From the IMG/VR virus record IMGVR_UViG_3300002488_000008, positions 1 to 55,469 of that record: 55,469 nt of DNA; one strand, given 5' to 3'. Positions 40,322 to 50,569 of the stretch are shown here, in pieces. The first letter of the stretch is position 1. Each line of letters starts with the position of its first letter. The stretch is from a virus. Taxonomy: Duplodnaviria > Caudoviricetes. A model generated the notes under the pieces. The model did not search any database, was not told the DNA's origin, and saw nothing but the letters and a program-made list of their open reading frames with translations. The position numbers and the translations under genes were made by a program.

Positions 40322-43258
40322 ATGGTAAATGTTTATAGTGGTAGTTCTTATAAATTAGTATTTCCACTATTAAGTAAGGGTTTTTTAAAATTAAATTTTC
40401 GTGATAATAATATAGACCATTCTATTACTACTACTGCGGCAACAGGATACTCTAGTGGTTCTACTTCTTTAGAATTAACAGATGGTTCTGCTTTTCCTTC
40501 TACCGGAACAGGAACTATTGACGGCGTACCTTTTTCTTGGACGGCTAAAAATAATTTTACGTTAATTGTTCCAAACTTAGGAGCAAATTATTCTGCGGGA
40601 GTTACTATAACTAACGATGTAACGAGTCTTAATAATATATGGAAATATACAGATTCATTTACTTTAGAAGCCATTTTAACTCCATATGATGTAAATGGAT
40701 ATGCAAATAGATTAAGTGGTAATGGGGTATTAACATCAACAAAAACTAGACCATATCTAAACGATTCAATTACTAGCAATCGAACTCACTATGAAAGTGT
40801 TGATACATTAGGAGATACAAATTTTTTAACACAAAAAATGATGATATTTCATAATACTAATTTAAAAATATATTTACAAAATACTACCACTACTAATTTT
40901 AATCAACCTGCTGAATATAAAGTGGTTGCTGAAATAACTAAAAATGGAGTAACTAAAACAATATCTAGCGATACTGTTATCACATCTACTAATGTCTTAC
41001 GTGGTAAATACGATGTAAATGGTTATTATGAAAATGGGCTAAATACTAGATTTACTAGATTATCTACAAATGCATCTAATGTTGCTCCGAGTGCAGTTGT
41101 TACAATTAGTGGTAGTGGATTACCCGTTAATTCTAGTACTAGTGCTACTGCGGCTACAGGTTCATACACTGTAAATAATCATGGTAGTACTGCCGCAGTT
41201 TCTAGTGAAGTAAAAGCAACTGCTACAATTGATATTGGTAATAGTATTAATAGTGGTACTGACTTTACTGTTCCTGCTGACCAAAGCGTAGTAGCGGCCA
41301 CTGGAACTATACAACTGAAAAGTGTTCAAGCCCATACGACTTCTAATAATGGTACAGAAATAATTCTTTATCATGATGGCACACAAAGTTCAGATACATA
41401 CAGATTTTTTGCTAGAAATGCTGGTACTGAAGACGCAGGTGAAGCATTAGGAGCGTTGACATTTGGGGCAAGAGCCTTTGCTTATCATAGAGTAGCCGGA
41501 GATATTGACCTTACTGCACAAAATTTAGCAACTGCCATAGAAAGAGCCATGCCTACAGGAGATGTTACAACTTCTTATAATGCCTCTAACGATACTATTA
41601 CCGTAACTATGCCACCTAGTTCACAATTTAATAATAATATAACATTAGGAGTTAACTTAGGTGGAACAGATTTTGTTGTATCGGGTATGGCAAACGGTAA
41701 TGCAGGTACAGTAGTAAATAGTTATCTTACAATTACAGACCATACAAACACTACTAAAAATTATAAGGCTTCAGATTCAAATGCACAATCAACAGGAAGT
41801 ACAGGAACAAGTAACGGAACTGCCGTAGTATATTATAGAAATGGGGCTAGTCTAAATGCTACTGCTAATAATTTAAAAAATGCTATTTTACATGCTAACG
41901 GGCATGGTTCTAATAAGTTTAGTGTTAGTACTAATAATCCTTTAACGTTAACTTCTCAGGCTACGGGTGTTGCGGGTAATAGTAGTGGTTCTACTAGTAT
42001 TGCTATTTCTGATACAGGATTAATAGATGCAGATTTAACTTATACGCAGTTTACAGGAGGGGCTGATGAATATAAAAATAATAATTTTTATGTTATGATA
42101 GATAATACTGCTTCAGGTAACGTAACTAAAAATTATCAAATGGCAGTAACAGGTGATGCCACATTTACAACTGGAAGCACAGGAACTAGTTTGAACGGAA
42201 CTGCGGTAGTATATTTTGAAAAAGGAGCAAATAATACTGCTACGGCAGGAAATCTAGAAACGGCTATTGAAAGTAGTAATGGACATAATGGTGGAATACT
42301 TGTTACTGGAAGTGGAACTTCAAGAACTCTTACTCAAGCAACAGTGGCAAGTAGCGGTAATTTAGGAGATACGACTATAACCAATTATGGAAGTGGATTT
42401 TCTAATTCTGATTTTTCAGGTGGTGCAGTTGCTACAACTACAACCCCCGATAAATACTTACAAATTACTGATGCGGCAGGAACAATAAGAAGATATCATG
42501 CGGCTACAACTGAATCTCAAAACTCTACTGCTACAATAGGTGGAGTAATTTACGTTTATTTCACTAATAGTTCCACTGCTTCAACTCTTGCTACTAATCT
42601 TAAAAGTGCTATTGAAAGTAGTAATGGTCACAATGGTAGTATTAGTGTTTCTAGAAGTGGAGCAGTTCTAACATTGAGTATTACTACTAATAATAACCAA
42701 GCAATAAGTGAAAACTTTGATAGTAATTTAGTAATAAGTAATGCAGGAACTATAAGTAATAATGTGTATTCGTGGAATACTTCTAACAATTTAGTTATTA
42801 ACGTACAGGCAGGAGAGGCAGATAATCTTGGTAGTGGTTCAAAAATATATGATTCTACTACTAAACTAATTGGAACTGTAAATTCAATTAGTGGTACAGC
42901 AATCACATTAACTTCTTCTCCTGCTACAGCAGTTACTAGTACTATTTATGTTGACCAACCTAAAGAGGCATTATATTTAGAAGAAATGTTTAAAATTTCT
43001 TTTGTTTATTATTCTTCGGGAATGGTAGAATTATATCTTAATAATGCAAGATTGGTAAGAGAAGATTCACAGATTTTAAAGTTTCAATTACATGGGTCTG
43101 ATTGTCAAATTGGTAGAGGAAGTAGTAATCAAGAACAGTTTTATGGTGAATTGTATGAGATAGGATATTATACTTCTGCTCAACCTACTGTAGATATAAC
43201 TACATTAACTCCTAGTTTTAAAAATATTTTATTTTATTATAGGTTTGGTGATACATAA
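40322..43258 (+). CDS. Tail-associated protein: split LamG/concanavalin-like domain with repeated inserted domains
   Basis: SFTLEAILTP (N-part) and VELYLNN...QIG....QFYGELYEI (C-part). Internal repeats TA.NL..AI...NGH. Confidence 0.65.
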   Translation: MVNVYSGSSYKLVFPLLSKGFLKLNFRDNNIDHSITTTAATGYSSGSTSLELTDGSAFPSTGTGTIDGVPFSWTAKNNFTLIVPNLGANYSAGVTITNDVTSLNNIWKYTDSFTLEAILTPYDVNGYANRLSGNGVLTSTKTRPYLNDSITSNRTHYESVDTLGDTNFLTQKMMIFHNTNLKIYLQNTTTTNFNQPAEYKVVAEITKNGVTKTISSDTVITSTNVLRGKYDVNGYYENGLNTRFTRLSTNASNVAPSAVVTISGSGLPVNSSTSATAATGSYTVNNHGSTAAVSSEVKATATIDIGNSINSGTDFTVPADQSVVAATGTIQLKSVQAHTTSNNGTEIILYHDGTQSSDTYRFFARNAGTEDAGEALGALTFGARAFAYHRVAGDIDLTAQNLATAIERAMPTGDVTTSYNASNDTITVTMPPSSQFNNNITLGVNLGGTDFVVSGMANGNAGTVVNSYLTITDHTNTTKNYKASDSNAQSTGSTGTSNGTAVVYYRNGASLNATANNLKNAILHANGHGSNKFSVSTNNPLTLTSQATGVAGNSSGSTSIAISDTGLIDADLTYTQFTGGADEYKNNNFYVMIDNTASGNVTKNYQMAVTGDATFTTGSTGTSLNGTAVVYFEKGANNTATAGNLETAIESSNGHNGGILVTGSGTSRTLTQATVASSGNLGDTTITNYGSGFSNSDFSGGAVATTTTPDKYLQITDAAGTIRRYHAATTESQNSTATIGGVIYVYFTNSSTASTLATNLKSAIESSNGHNGSISVSRSGAVLTLSITTNNNQAISENFDSNLVISNAGTISNNVYSWNTSNNLVINVQAGEADNLGSGSKIYDSTTKLIGTVNSISGTAITLTSSPATAVTSTIYVDQPKEALYLEEMFKISFVYYSSGMVELYLNNARLVREDSQILKFQLHGSDCQIGRGSSNQEQFYGELYEIGYYTSAQPTVDITTLTPSFKNILFYYRFGDT

Positions 43259-46200
43259 TGGCCGATGGAAGAATGATATATCCCGTAGGAAGTGGGTTTC
43301 CTACTACATCACTAAATGATAGAGGATATCATCAGGCATACGATGAGTTTGGTCTAGCATTTAGAAATGTATCAGTAAATCCTATATTATATGGTGTCAA
43401 TTTAAACAGGGAAAATGGTACAAGTTCAACTTCTTTTGTAAATTCTATGATTTGTACTGAAATTAGAAAATCACCTTATGGTGGTTCTATTTCTAATGAT
43501 TCTTCTACTATGATAGGAAATAGAATTTTACCCATTAATACAACACTTTCTAGTCATTCAACTAATTTTATGACAACTAGTTCTAATAAAATTAAATGTT
43601 TTGATGGTTCTACTGCTTCAGAAACTAATAGAAAATTTATTTATTCTACTTCTAATTATCCCGCCACAGGAGAAGTAGGATTAGATATAGATAACTATGA
43701 TTATTTTATATTATTAAATCCTGAAATTGTTACTGCTGGAACAGATACAATTAGACCACACTTTGCTAAGGTTACAAGAATTATTCACTTTGATGAATTT
43801 GGTGATGGTTTAGAATTTTCTCCTAGTTATCCTACTGCCGTTCCATCAGGTACTAACTTTGAAATTTTCAAAGGCCCATTAAAAACAGATACAGATATCG
43901 TAGCAGTAAGTTATGGTTTAAGAGGAGATACTACAACTTCAACTGATAAGTATGATGTGGTAAATAGTGTTAGTCCACCTACTTTTTATTTTTATGAGGA
44001 TAGACTTGATGTTCCAAATCAATTAGACTATCATGAAAAATATACTTTGACATCTTTTCGTTGGTGGAATTATGGTCAAACAATTGCATTAGCCACAACT
44101 GTTGGTGGATACGCTCAATTTAATAGAGGTACAACTAGCAAATACTTTACTATCTCTGATGCCGATTATGCTAAAATAGAAGAAGGAATGTCATTATTTA
44201 CTTCTAATAATATACATGTTGGTAATGTAGAAAAAAAATATGGTAGTGCAGGAGCATATAGAATATACTTAGATTTTGCAAGAGTGGCTATTAGTGCTAC
44301 AACTGATTCAGTTACTTACAAAATAGGAAAAACTGCTCAGAATGTAGTGTTTATGACTGAAAGTAAATTTAATAAAAGAGTAACAAATTTTGGTTTTGAA
44401 AAACTAGATGCTACTTTAGTTGATATGTATTTAGATGAAGATATTGCTCATAGTGGTTATGCTGATGCATATACAGATTCGGGTAATCAAAATACTTTAA
44501 ATCCTACAAGGTGGCAATATATTTTTCCAAATGCTAAACGAAGTACAACAGATGTAAAATGGAATACTAGTACTTCCTCATCTTTAATTGAAACTACTTT
44601 AGATGGTGGATTAAATGGGCCAAATAAATATATTACTTTTGAAAAATCTAAATATCAAAATGATAAAATGCCTTTTATACATGATGTTATCTTAAATAAA
44701 ACCCATAATCAAGTGAGTCAATTAGGTAGAGTTAAAATTGTAGATAGTTCCGGTATAAGTCATAAAACTATAAAAGAGAATAAACCTTTATCTTTTCGTA
44801 ATGCTATTTACAATGATTCCTTTTTTATGAGAGAAATAAGTGGAACAGTTAGTAAAACAAGTAATACTTTAATTACATTTACTAATGAAACAGAAAATAT
44901 TGATTTAAAAAGTTTTTTAGGGAATAAAGATATTGTAGAAATAGATAACTATTATTATGTAATTAATTCAATAAATTCCAAATCAAATAATACTCAAAGT
45001 TTTCAAGTTCTTGCCAATAAAGTAAAAGGGGCAAATGTTTGGACAGTTTCTTCGGCGATACATGAGTTCGATAAACAAAAATTATTTGTTACGTCAATTA
45101 CTAATGATAGTTATTTAAATTTTGATTTTACGCCTGATACTCAAGTTCACCATTTAAAAAATAATTTAATTACATTAAATGAGTTTAGTATTACTAAAGA
45201 AAAAAGTAGAATGTATAAAAGTAGATTAGTTCCTAATTTATTTCCTAAAAATATAAATGAAATTGAGTTTGCTGATAAGGATAATAAATATGCTAAGATT
45301 TTAGATACTAATAAGACATTCTATCAACCTACTACAATTAGCAGACTTTATTATTATAGTGGTGCTTATTCTATAACTGAAGAAATATTTAATGGTAATA
45401 TTGAAGATATTACTAGTAAACAAGAATATGGATTAATGACATATGAAGTAGTTGGTAGAGATAAAAGTTCTAAAATTATTAATGATGTAACTAACCTAAA
45501 TCTAAACACATCTTCTGATATTATATATTCTAGTATGCCTCCTAAAACTGCTTTTTCTTCAATTAGTACTGCTAGTGTTTCTATAAGTGGTAGTACATTA
45601 ACTCTAAATGGCGTTAATCAAGTTTCGTCAGGAGGTCATGTTCCTAGAAAATATTGGCTTTATGTTGATAGTAATGGTCAATTAATTGGAGAAGTATCTT
45701 CTGCTTCAGTTAGTGGAACTACTAATAGTACAGTTACTATAACTTTATCCCATCCGGCATTAGTATCTACAGCATCAGACGTTAAATATTTTAGTCCGTT
45801 AGAAGATGGTAATTATATTTCTACATTAAAAACATTAAGCCATAATAAATTATTATCTAATAGCATACTTGATAGTAGTAGTTTTATTGAGAATGGTTTA
45901 TCATTTGAAAATGGATTTACTTACGATTATCTTGCTACTACTGATGCGGGAAATGGCAATACAGGTTCGACACCAACACCAACTATTTTGTTCAATTCTT
46001 CTAATACAGGTTCATTAGAATCAGATGGTTCTTTAGGTTATGATATAAATTCTCCCATTAGAGCCAGTACTAACGATTCGTATTATGGTTTTAAATTAGG
46101 AGATGAGAATGGGGTAACTATTACAGATAATAATATTGCCACAACTAATGCTGAAACATTTAACATTGTAGATATTAACACTAAATCAGAAAATAACACT

Positions 46201-49200
46201 ATCATTAGCATTGCTCCTAATTTCCCAATGATATTAGGTAGAATAGAAAATAATACTTTAGATTCTAGAAGTACAAGAAGTATTTATTTAATAAATAATA
46301 ATATTAATACAGGTGGTTTTTTACATAGACTTACTGATACTAATACTAATTTTTACATACCTAAAGATACCATGCGTTTTTGGGATATTCAAAAATTTAA
46401 AGAAGGAACAATTACTCAAACGCAAAATAGTATATACAACATAGGAATTACCGGACAAAAAATTCAAGGATATGGAGTAGCAATAGGATTATATGCAGAT
46501 GGAACGTTATATGATGTTGCAGTTAGTCAGACAAATTCACCTATTAATGGTAGTAATACTTTAGATGGATGGAATCATCTAAGTAATTTTTATGGTCATT
46601 CTCAAGACAAATTAATTAAATCATATCCATATCAAGTGGGTAGTAATTGGTATGAGGCAGATATAGACTATGATGTTTTTAAACAAATTGACCCTAGAAC
46701 TGTACCTCTTGAATTATTTGTAACCGGAGACATATATCCTAATTCTAAACTTAGATGGAATCATATTGGAAATGCAACACATTCAGAACATTCTTATTTG
46801 GATTATGGTTTGTTATTAGAATCTAAACATAAAAATTCTAATAATGTGACTAACCATAGTAATTATACAGGTTCTACACAACAAACCTTAATTACAGATA
46901 ATGAATTTGAATCTATGTCTATAAAAAGTGCTTCTCAAACTCCTAATGATATGAAACGTTGGGGAGTAATTAGGTTAGTAGAAGCAACTTTTGATTGGCA
47001 TTTTAATCCTATAGAATATGATGCCCTAACTAAAAATACTAAAATACCAACTGTTCCATATTTTGATTATGTGATGATGGATAAACCTGCATTAGAAACA
47101 GCAACAGATGACATGGCTTTGAATAGTAATTCTTCAAATGTTCGTTTGTCATCTGACGATATAGGAAGTGGTTCTTTAGGTGGTAATGTATATTATACAA
47201 CAGATTTTATTGGGGTAAACACTTCTGAAACTTTAGCCATAGAAAATCCAGTTAGAATTAATGGTTTTTTAGGAGTTAAGCAACATGGAACTTGGAGTAG
47301 TACTTCTGCTGACCAACAGTGGAATGGTAATAGTGCAAACTTTGGTGGAAACACAACTATCTTTGATGACATTTTAACTTTTCAAGGTTATGATGATAGT
47401 TCTAATGTTAAATATTTTGGAGTTCAATCATTTCCTTTATATTCTAATAAAACAAGTATGATAGATAAGTTAGTAACTCCATCTGTTGTAAGTAATTATT
47501 TAAGAACTGTTAGAACTACGAATACACATGATTTGAGATTTACTGATGTATTTATACCTAGCCCTATGACTGTATTAACTAATTTCAGATATGGTGGTAA
47601 ATTAAGAAGTGGTTCTAGTGAAAGTGATTCTGAATTTAACGGTCATAATATTATATTACCTATTATACCAAAAGCGGAAACTGGAGCAGGTAATAATAAT
47701 AGAGGAAGAACCTTTTCTCCATTTCATCACCCCGATGCATGGTTTGGTCAAAATACTAACTTCTTACATACGTCTAGAGTGATAGCGGCATTAGTAGATA
47801 GGCAATTTAATGAGGGTAGTGATGTAACTATAGCAGATAAATATGGATTGGGTATAACTTCTGATGGTGCAAGTCAAGGAATAGCACATTTATACGATAA
47901 TTGTATAGGAGTGTTTAAAGATGTTCAACTAGCAGTTACAGGAAATAAAGGAAGAAAACCTAAGTTTTCTGATAATGCTATTATGGCTTCTAAACTAGAA
48001 TTAGATACAAGTGCTAGATATAATGATTATGAAGCAGATGTAAGTACTACTTCTGAAACACAGCATACTAGAAATTTAATGATAGATGAAAAAGATGATG
48101 ATAAGTCAATGATTGGAACTAAGGCAAGTAGTCATTTCTTAGAAGGTAACTTTTCAGATTTAGATGGAGAGTTTGCTAAAACTAATTCATTAGTTGATTC
48201 AGGAAGTACTCATAATACTAATTTGGGTACAGTTGTCTCTGCACAATTTATTGTAAAACCAATGTTTGATTTAACTGCGGTATCATCTACATTAGTATTT
48301 AGTAACAATAACAAAACAGTAACCTTTACACATTCGGCAGTAAGTAAACATATATGGCTTAGTTTTGTTCCTAATCTAACTGGACAATATATAGTATCTG
48401 AAAAACTAAATGGAGGGAATACATTAAGTAATCAATTTGTTGATGGTTCACCTTTATTCATTGCAAAAATTCTTTCACATACTGTTTCAGTAGCCCCATC
48501 TGCTTCTGCTATAGAAACACACGTACTTACTTTTGATACTGCTATAGATGTCAGTAATAACGGAACTAAATATAGATTAATGAAAATTTCTGAAACTACT
48601 TTTAATAGCGTAACAGATAAAATTTCTTTTAATGTTATGAATAACCGCTTAGATAATTTTATAGATTTTAAAACAGGACAAGGAATTAGTAATGAAACTG
48701 ACTATTCTAGAGTTGAAACTGTATACGATATGTATTTATTATTAGATATAGATAATTTAAACACATATATTGAAAGAAGAACTATTGATACAGTAAATGA
48801 TAATTTTACAGATGGGCAAGTTTTAGACACATATGTAACTGATGGAACAACCTCTTCTAGACAAAATATTACTGTTAGTACTTCACGTACTAGTTTAGGA
48901 GCAGATACCGAAGTAGGATTAACATTTACATTTGGTGGGGAATTAAATGGTAATGGGGTAGTATCTTTTTCTGAAGTTATTGATTTAACATTAGAAGGTC
49001 GTCCTAAACTGAAAGAATTAGATAGATGTCATATTGGAGCAACTTTCAATGTAGGTACAAATGTTGACACGGCCATACAAAAACTTGTATTAGAATCCGG
49101 TTTAGATTTAGACAGAAGTAGTAGTTTTATTACGGAAACAGGTAATATTTTTGAAGTACAAGGTGCTAGTGGTAGTCTTGGGATACACGCTACAAAGTTA

Positions 49201-50217
49201 AATTGTTATGATAAAGTTACTAATATAACTGTAGGAGATATTATATATACTCACACAGGATATTTAGTAGGTCAAGTTACTGCTATAACTGATGGTAATA
49301 ATAGTTCTAATCAATCGGTTACTGGTAACAGAATTACAGTAGATAAATTATATTATACCCCAATACAAGGAAATGAATTCGTTAAAGTTAATCAAAAAAC
49401 ATTTGTTAGTACTTTAAATTTTTCAAATTTAGATACTTTATCTGCATTAAATGTATTGGCAAATAATAAAGATTTAGAATACACAATTAAAGATGATAAG
49501 ATATTGTTATCTAATATTGGTGATACAAAAAAATTAAGAAAATTTTCAATTAACTATAGAGAAACTGACCGTTTAATTTCTGTAGAAAATAATGTGAGTC
49601 TTTTTGATAAGGCTAATGAAGTAATTGTAATAGGAGACAAAGTTACCTATACTGCTAAAATAGAAACAGATGCACCTAAAAAAGTTATTAGGCATATAGA
49701 CCCTAATATTAAAACTAAAAGTGAGGCTCAGCAAAAGGCTAATAGTATCTTGAGTGTATATCATAATGATTCAAGAAAAATTAAATTAACTTTACAGAAG
49801 AAAGGATTAGAATTATTAACTGCCGGAGATATAGTTAATTTAAATTTCCCTGAACATAATATACCTAATGATGACTATAGAGTTTTTGAAATAGAAAATG
49901 TATTAGCAGGTGTATTAGATATTACTGTTGGAACTTTTAATAAAACTATAGCAGAAAGATTATCTGAAATTACACTACAACAACAGTCTGAAGCAACTAC
50001 TACCTTTTCTAAAGATGCAATAAATACTTCTACAGGAAGATACATTTTTGATGGTATAAATATAAATCAGTTATCCTTCGGCTATACTATATCCACTCCT
50101 ACGGGGCAAGGTTCAAATTTTGGAATAAGTAGTGCAATGAGTTTAAATCAAAGTGTGGGAATAGAACATGAAACTGAAATTATTAAAAGATATAATGAAG
50201 AATATTATGAACAATAG
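43258..50217 (+). CDS. Giant tail tip / baseplate hub-like protein (2319 aa)
   Basis: S/T/N-rich. Has FNGNIEDI...VVGRD and C-terminal ANEVIVIG...LTAGDIVNL..P...YRVFEIE hub-type motifs. Confidence 0.65.
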   Translation: MADGRMIYPVGSGFPTTSLNDRGYHQAYDEFGLAFRNVSVNPILYGVNLNRENGTSSTSFVNSMICTEIRKSPYGGSISNDSSTMIGNRILPINTTLSSHSTNFMTTSSNKIKCFDGSTASETNRKFIYSTSNYPATGEVGLDIDNYDYFILLNPEIVTAGTDTIRPHFAKVTRIIHFDEFGDGLEFSPSYPTAVPSGTNFEIFKGPLKTDTDIVAVSYGLRGDTTTSTDKYDVVNSVSPPTFYFYEDRLDVPNQLDYHEKYTLTSFRWWNYGQTIALATTVGGYAQFNRGTTSKYFTISDADYAKIEEGMSLFTSNNIHVGNVEKKYGSAGAYRIYLDFARVAISATTDSVTYKIGKTAQNVVFMTESKFNKRVTNFGFEKLDATLVDMYLDEDIAHSGYADAYTDSGNQNTLNPTRWQYIFPNAKRSTTDVKWNTSTSSSLIETTLDGGLNGPNKYITFEKSKYQNDKMPFIHDVILNKTHNQVSQLGRVKIVDSSGISHKTIKENKPLSFRNAIYNDSFFMREISGTVSKTSNTLITFTNETENIDLKSFLGNKDIVEIDNYYYVINSINSKSNNTQSFQVLANKVKGANVWTVSSAIHEFDKQKLFVTSITNDSYLNFDFTPDTQVHHLKNNLITLNEFSITKEKSRMYKSRLVPNLFPKNINEIEFADKDNKYAKILDTNKTFYQPTTISRLYYYSGAYSITEEIFNGNIEDITSKQEYGLMTYEVVGRDKSSKIINDVTNLNLNTSSDIIYSSMPPKTAFSSISTASVSISGSTLTLNGVNQVSSGGHVPRKYWLYVDSNGQLIGEVSSASVSGTTNSTVTITLSHPALVSTASDVKYFSPLEDGNYISTLKTLSHNKLLSNSILDSSSFIENGLSFENGFTYDYLATTDAGNGNTGSTPTPTILFNSSNTGSLESDGSLGYDINSPIRASTNDSYYGFKLGDENGVTITDNNIATTNAETFNIVDINTKSENNTIISIAPNFPMILGRIENNTLDSRSTRSIYLINNNINTGGFLHRLTDTNTNFYIPKDTMRFWDIQKFKEGTITQTQNSIYNIGITGQKIQGYGVAIGLYADGTLYDVAVSQTNSPINGSNTLDGWNHLSNFYGHSQDKLIKSYPYQVGSNWYEADIDYDVFKQIDPRTVPLELFVTGDIYPNSKLRWNHIGNATHSEHSYLDYGLLLESKHKNSNNVTNHSNYTGSTQQTLITDNEFESMSIKSASQTPNDMKRWGVIRLVEATFDWHFNPIEYDALTKNTKIPTVPYFDYVMMDKPALETATDDMALNSNSSNVRLSSDDIGSGSLGGNVYYTTDFIGVNTSETLAIENPVRINGFLGVKQHGTWSSTSADQQWNGNSANFGGNTTIFDDILTFQGYDDSSNVKYFGVQSFPLYSNKTSMIDKLVTPSVVSNYLRTVRTTNTHDLRFTDVFIPSPMTVLTNFRYGGKLRSGSSESDSEFNGHNIILPIIPKAETGAGNNNRGRTFSPFHHPDAWFGQNTNFLHTSRVIAALVDRQFNEGSDVTIADKYGLGITSDGASQGIAHLYDNCIGVFKDVQLAVTGNKGRKPKFSDNAIMASKLELDTSARYNDYEADVSTTSETQHTRNLMIDEKDDDKSMIGTKASSHFLEGNFSDLDGEFAKTNSLVDSGSTHNTNLGTVVSAQFIVKPMFDLTAVSSTLVFSNNNKTVTFTHSAVSKHIWLSFVPNLTGQYIVSEKLNGGNTLSNQFVDGSPLFIAKILSHTVSVAPSASAIETHVLTFDTAIDVSNNGTKYRLMKISETTFNSVTDKISFNVMNNRLDNFIDFKTGQGISNETDYSRVETVYDMYLLLDIDNLNTYIERRTIDTVNDNFTDGQVLDTYVTDGTTSSRQNITVSTSRTSLGADTEVGLTFTFGGELNGNGVVSFSEVIDLTLEGRPKLKELDRCHIGATFNVGTNVDTAIQKLVLESGLDLDRSSSFITETGNIFEVQGASGSLGIHATKLNCYDKVTNITVGDIIYTHTGYLVGQVTAITDGNNSSNQSVTGNRITVDKLYYTPIQGNEFVKVNQKTFVSTLNFSNLDTLSALNVLANNKDLEYTIKDDKILLSNIGDTKKLRKFSINYRETDRLISVENNVSLFDKANEVIVIGDKVTYTAKIETDAPKKVIRHIDPNIKTKSEAQQKANSILSVYHNDSRKIKLTLQKKGLELLTAGDIVNLNFPEHNIPNDDYRVFEIENVLAGVLDITVGTFNKTIAERLSEITLQQQSEATTTFSKDAINTSTGRYIFDGININQLSFGYTISTPTGQGSNFGISSAMSLNQSVGIEHETEIIKRYNEEYYEQ

Positions 50218-50229
50218 GTAGGTAAAAAA

Positions 50230-50568
50230 ATGATAGTAGATGTAGGAAAAATAGATATAGCGAGTTCATATATTAAGGCAAATTATACTACAGTATCAGT
50301 AGGAAATGGTAGAGATGATACTGCCGCTTCACAGAGTTTATTGGATTCTATTGTGGCTACTAAAACAGGACAAACACCTAGTATGATAGGAAATAGACTA
50401 CAGTGGGTAGTAGATTTTACAGGAGCAGAACTTGGAACACAAGGAATTTCTGAAATTGGTGTGTTTCACACGAACGGAACATTACTAAGTCGAACTGCTT
50501 TCCCCAATACAGGTGTGGTCGCTTCAAATGACACAATTACATTTACAATAACGGTGGAAGTGAATTAA
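50230..50568 (+). CDS. Small tail protein (fibre-attachment type)
   Basis: VSVGNG...ISEIGVF...GTLLSR pattern, seen in tail collar and fibre-attachment domains. Confidence 0.55.
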   Translation: MIVDVGKIDIASSYIKANYTTVSVGNGRDDTAASQSLLDSIVATKTGQTPSMIGNRLQWVVDFTGAELGTQGISEIGVFHTNGTLLSRTAFPNTGVVASNDTITFTITVEVN

Positions 50569-50569
50569 A

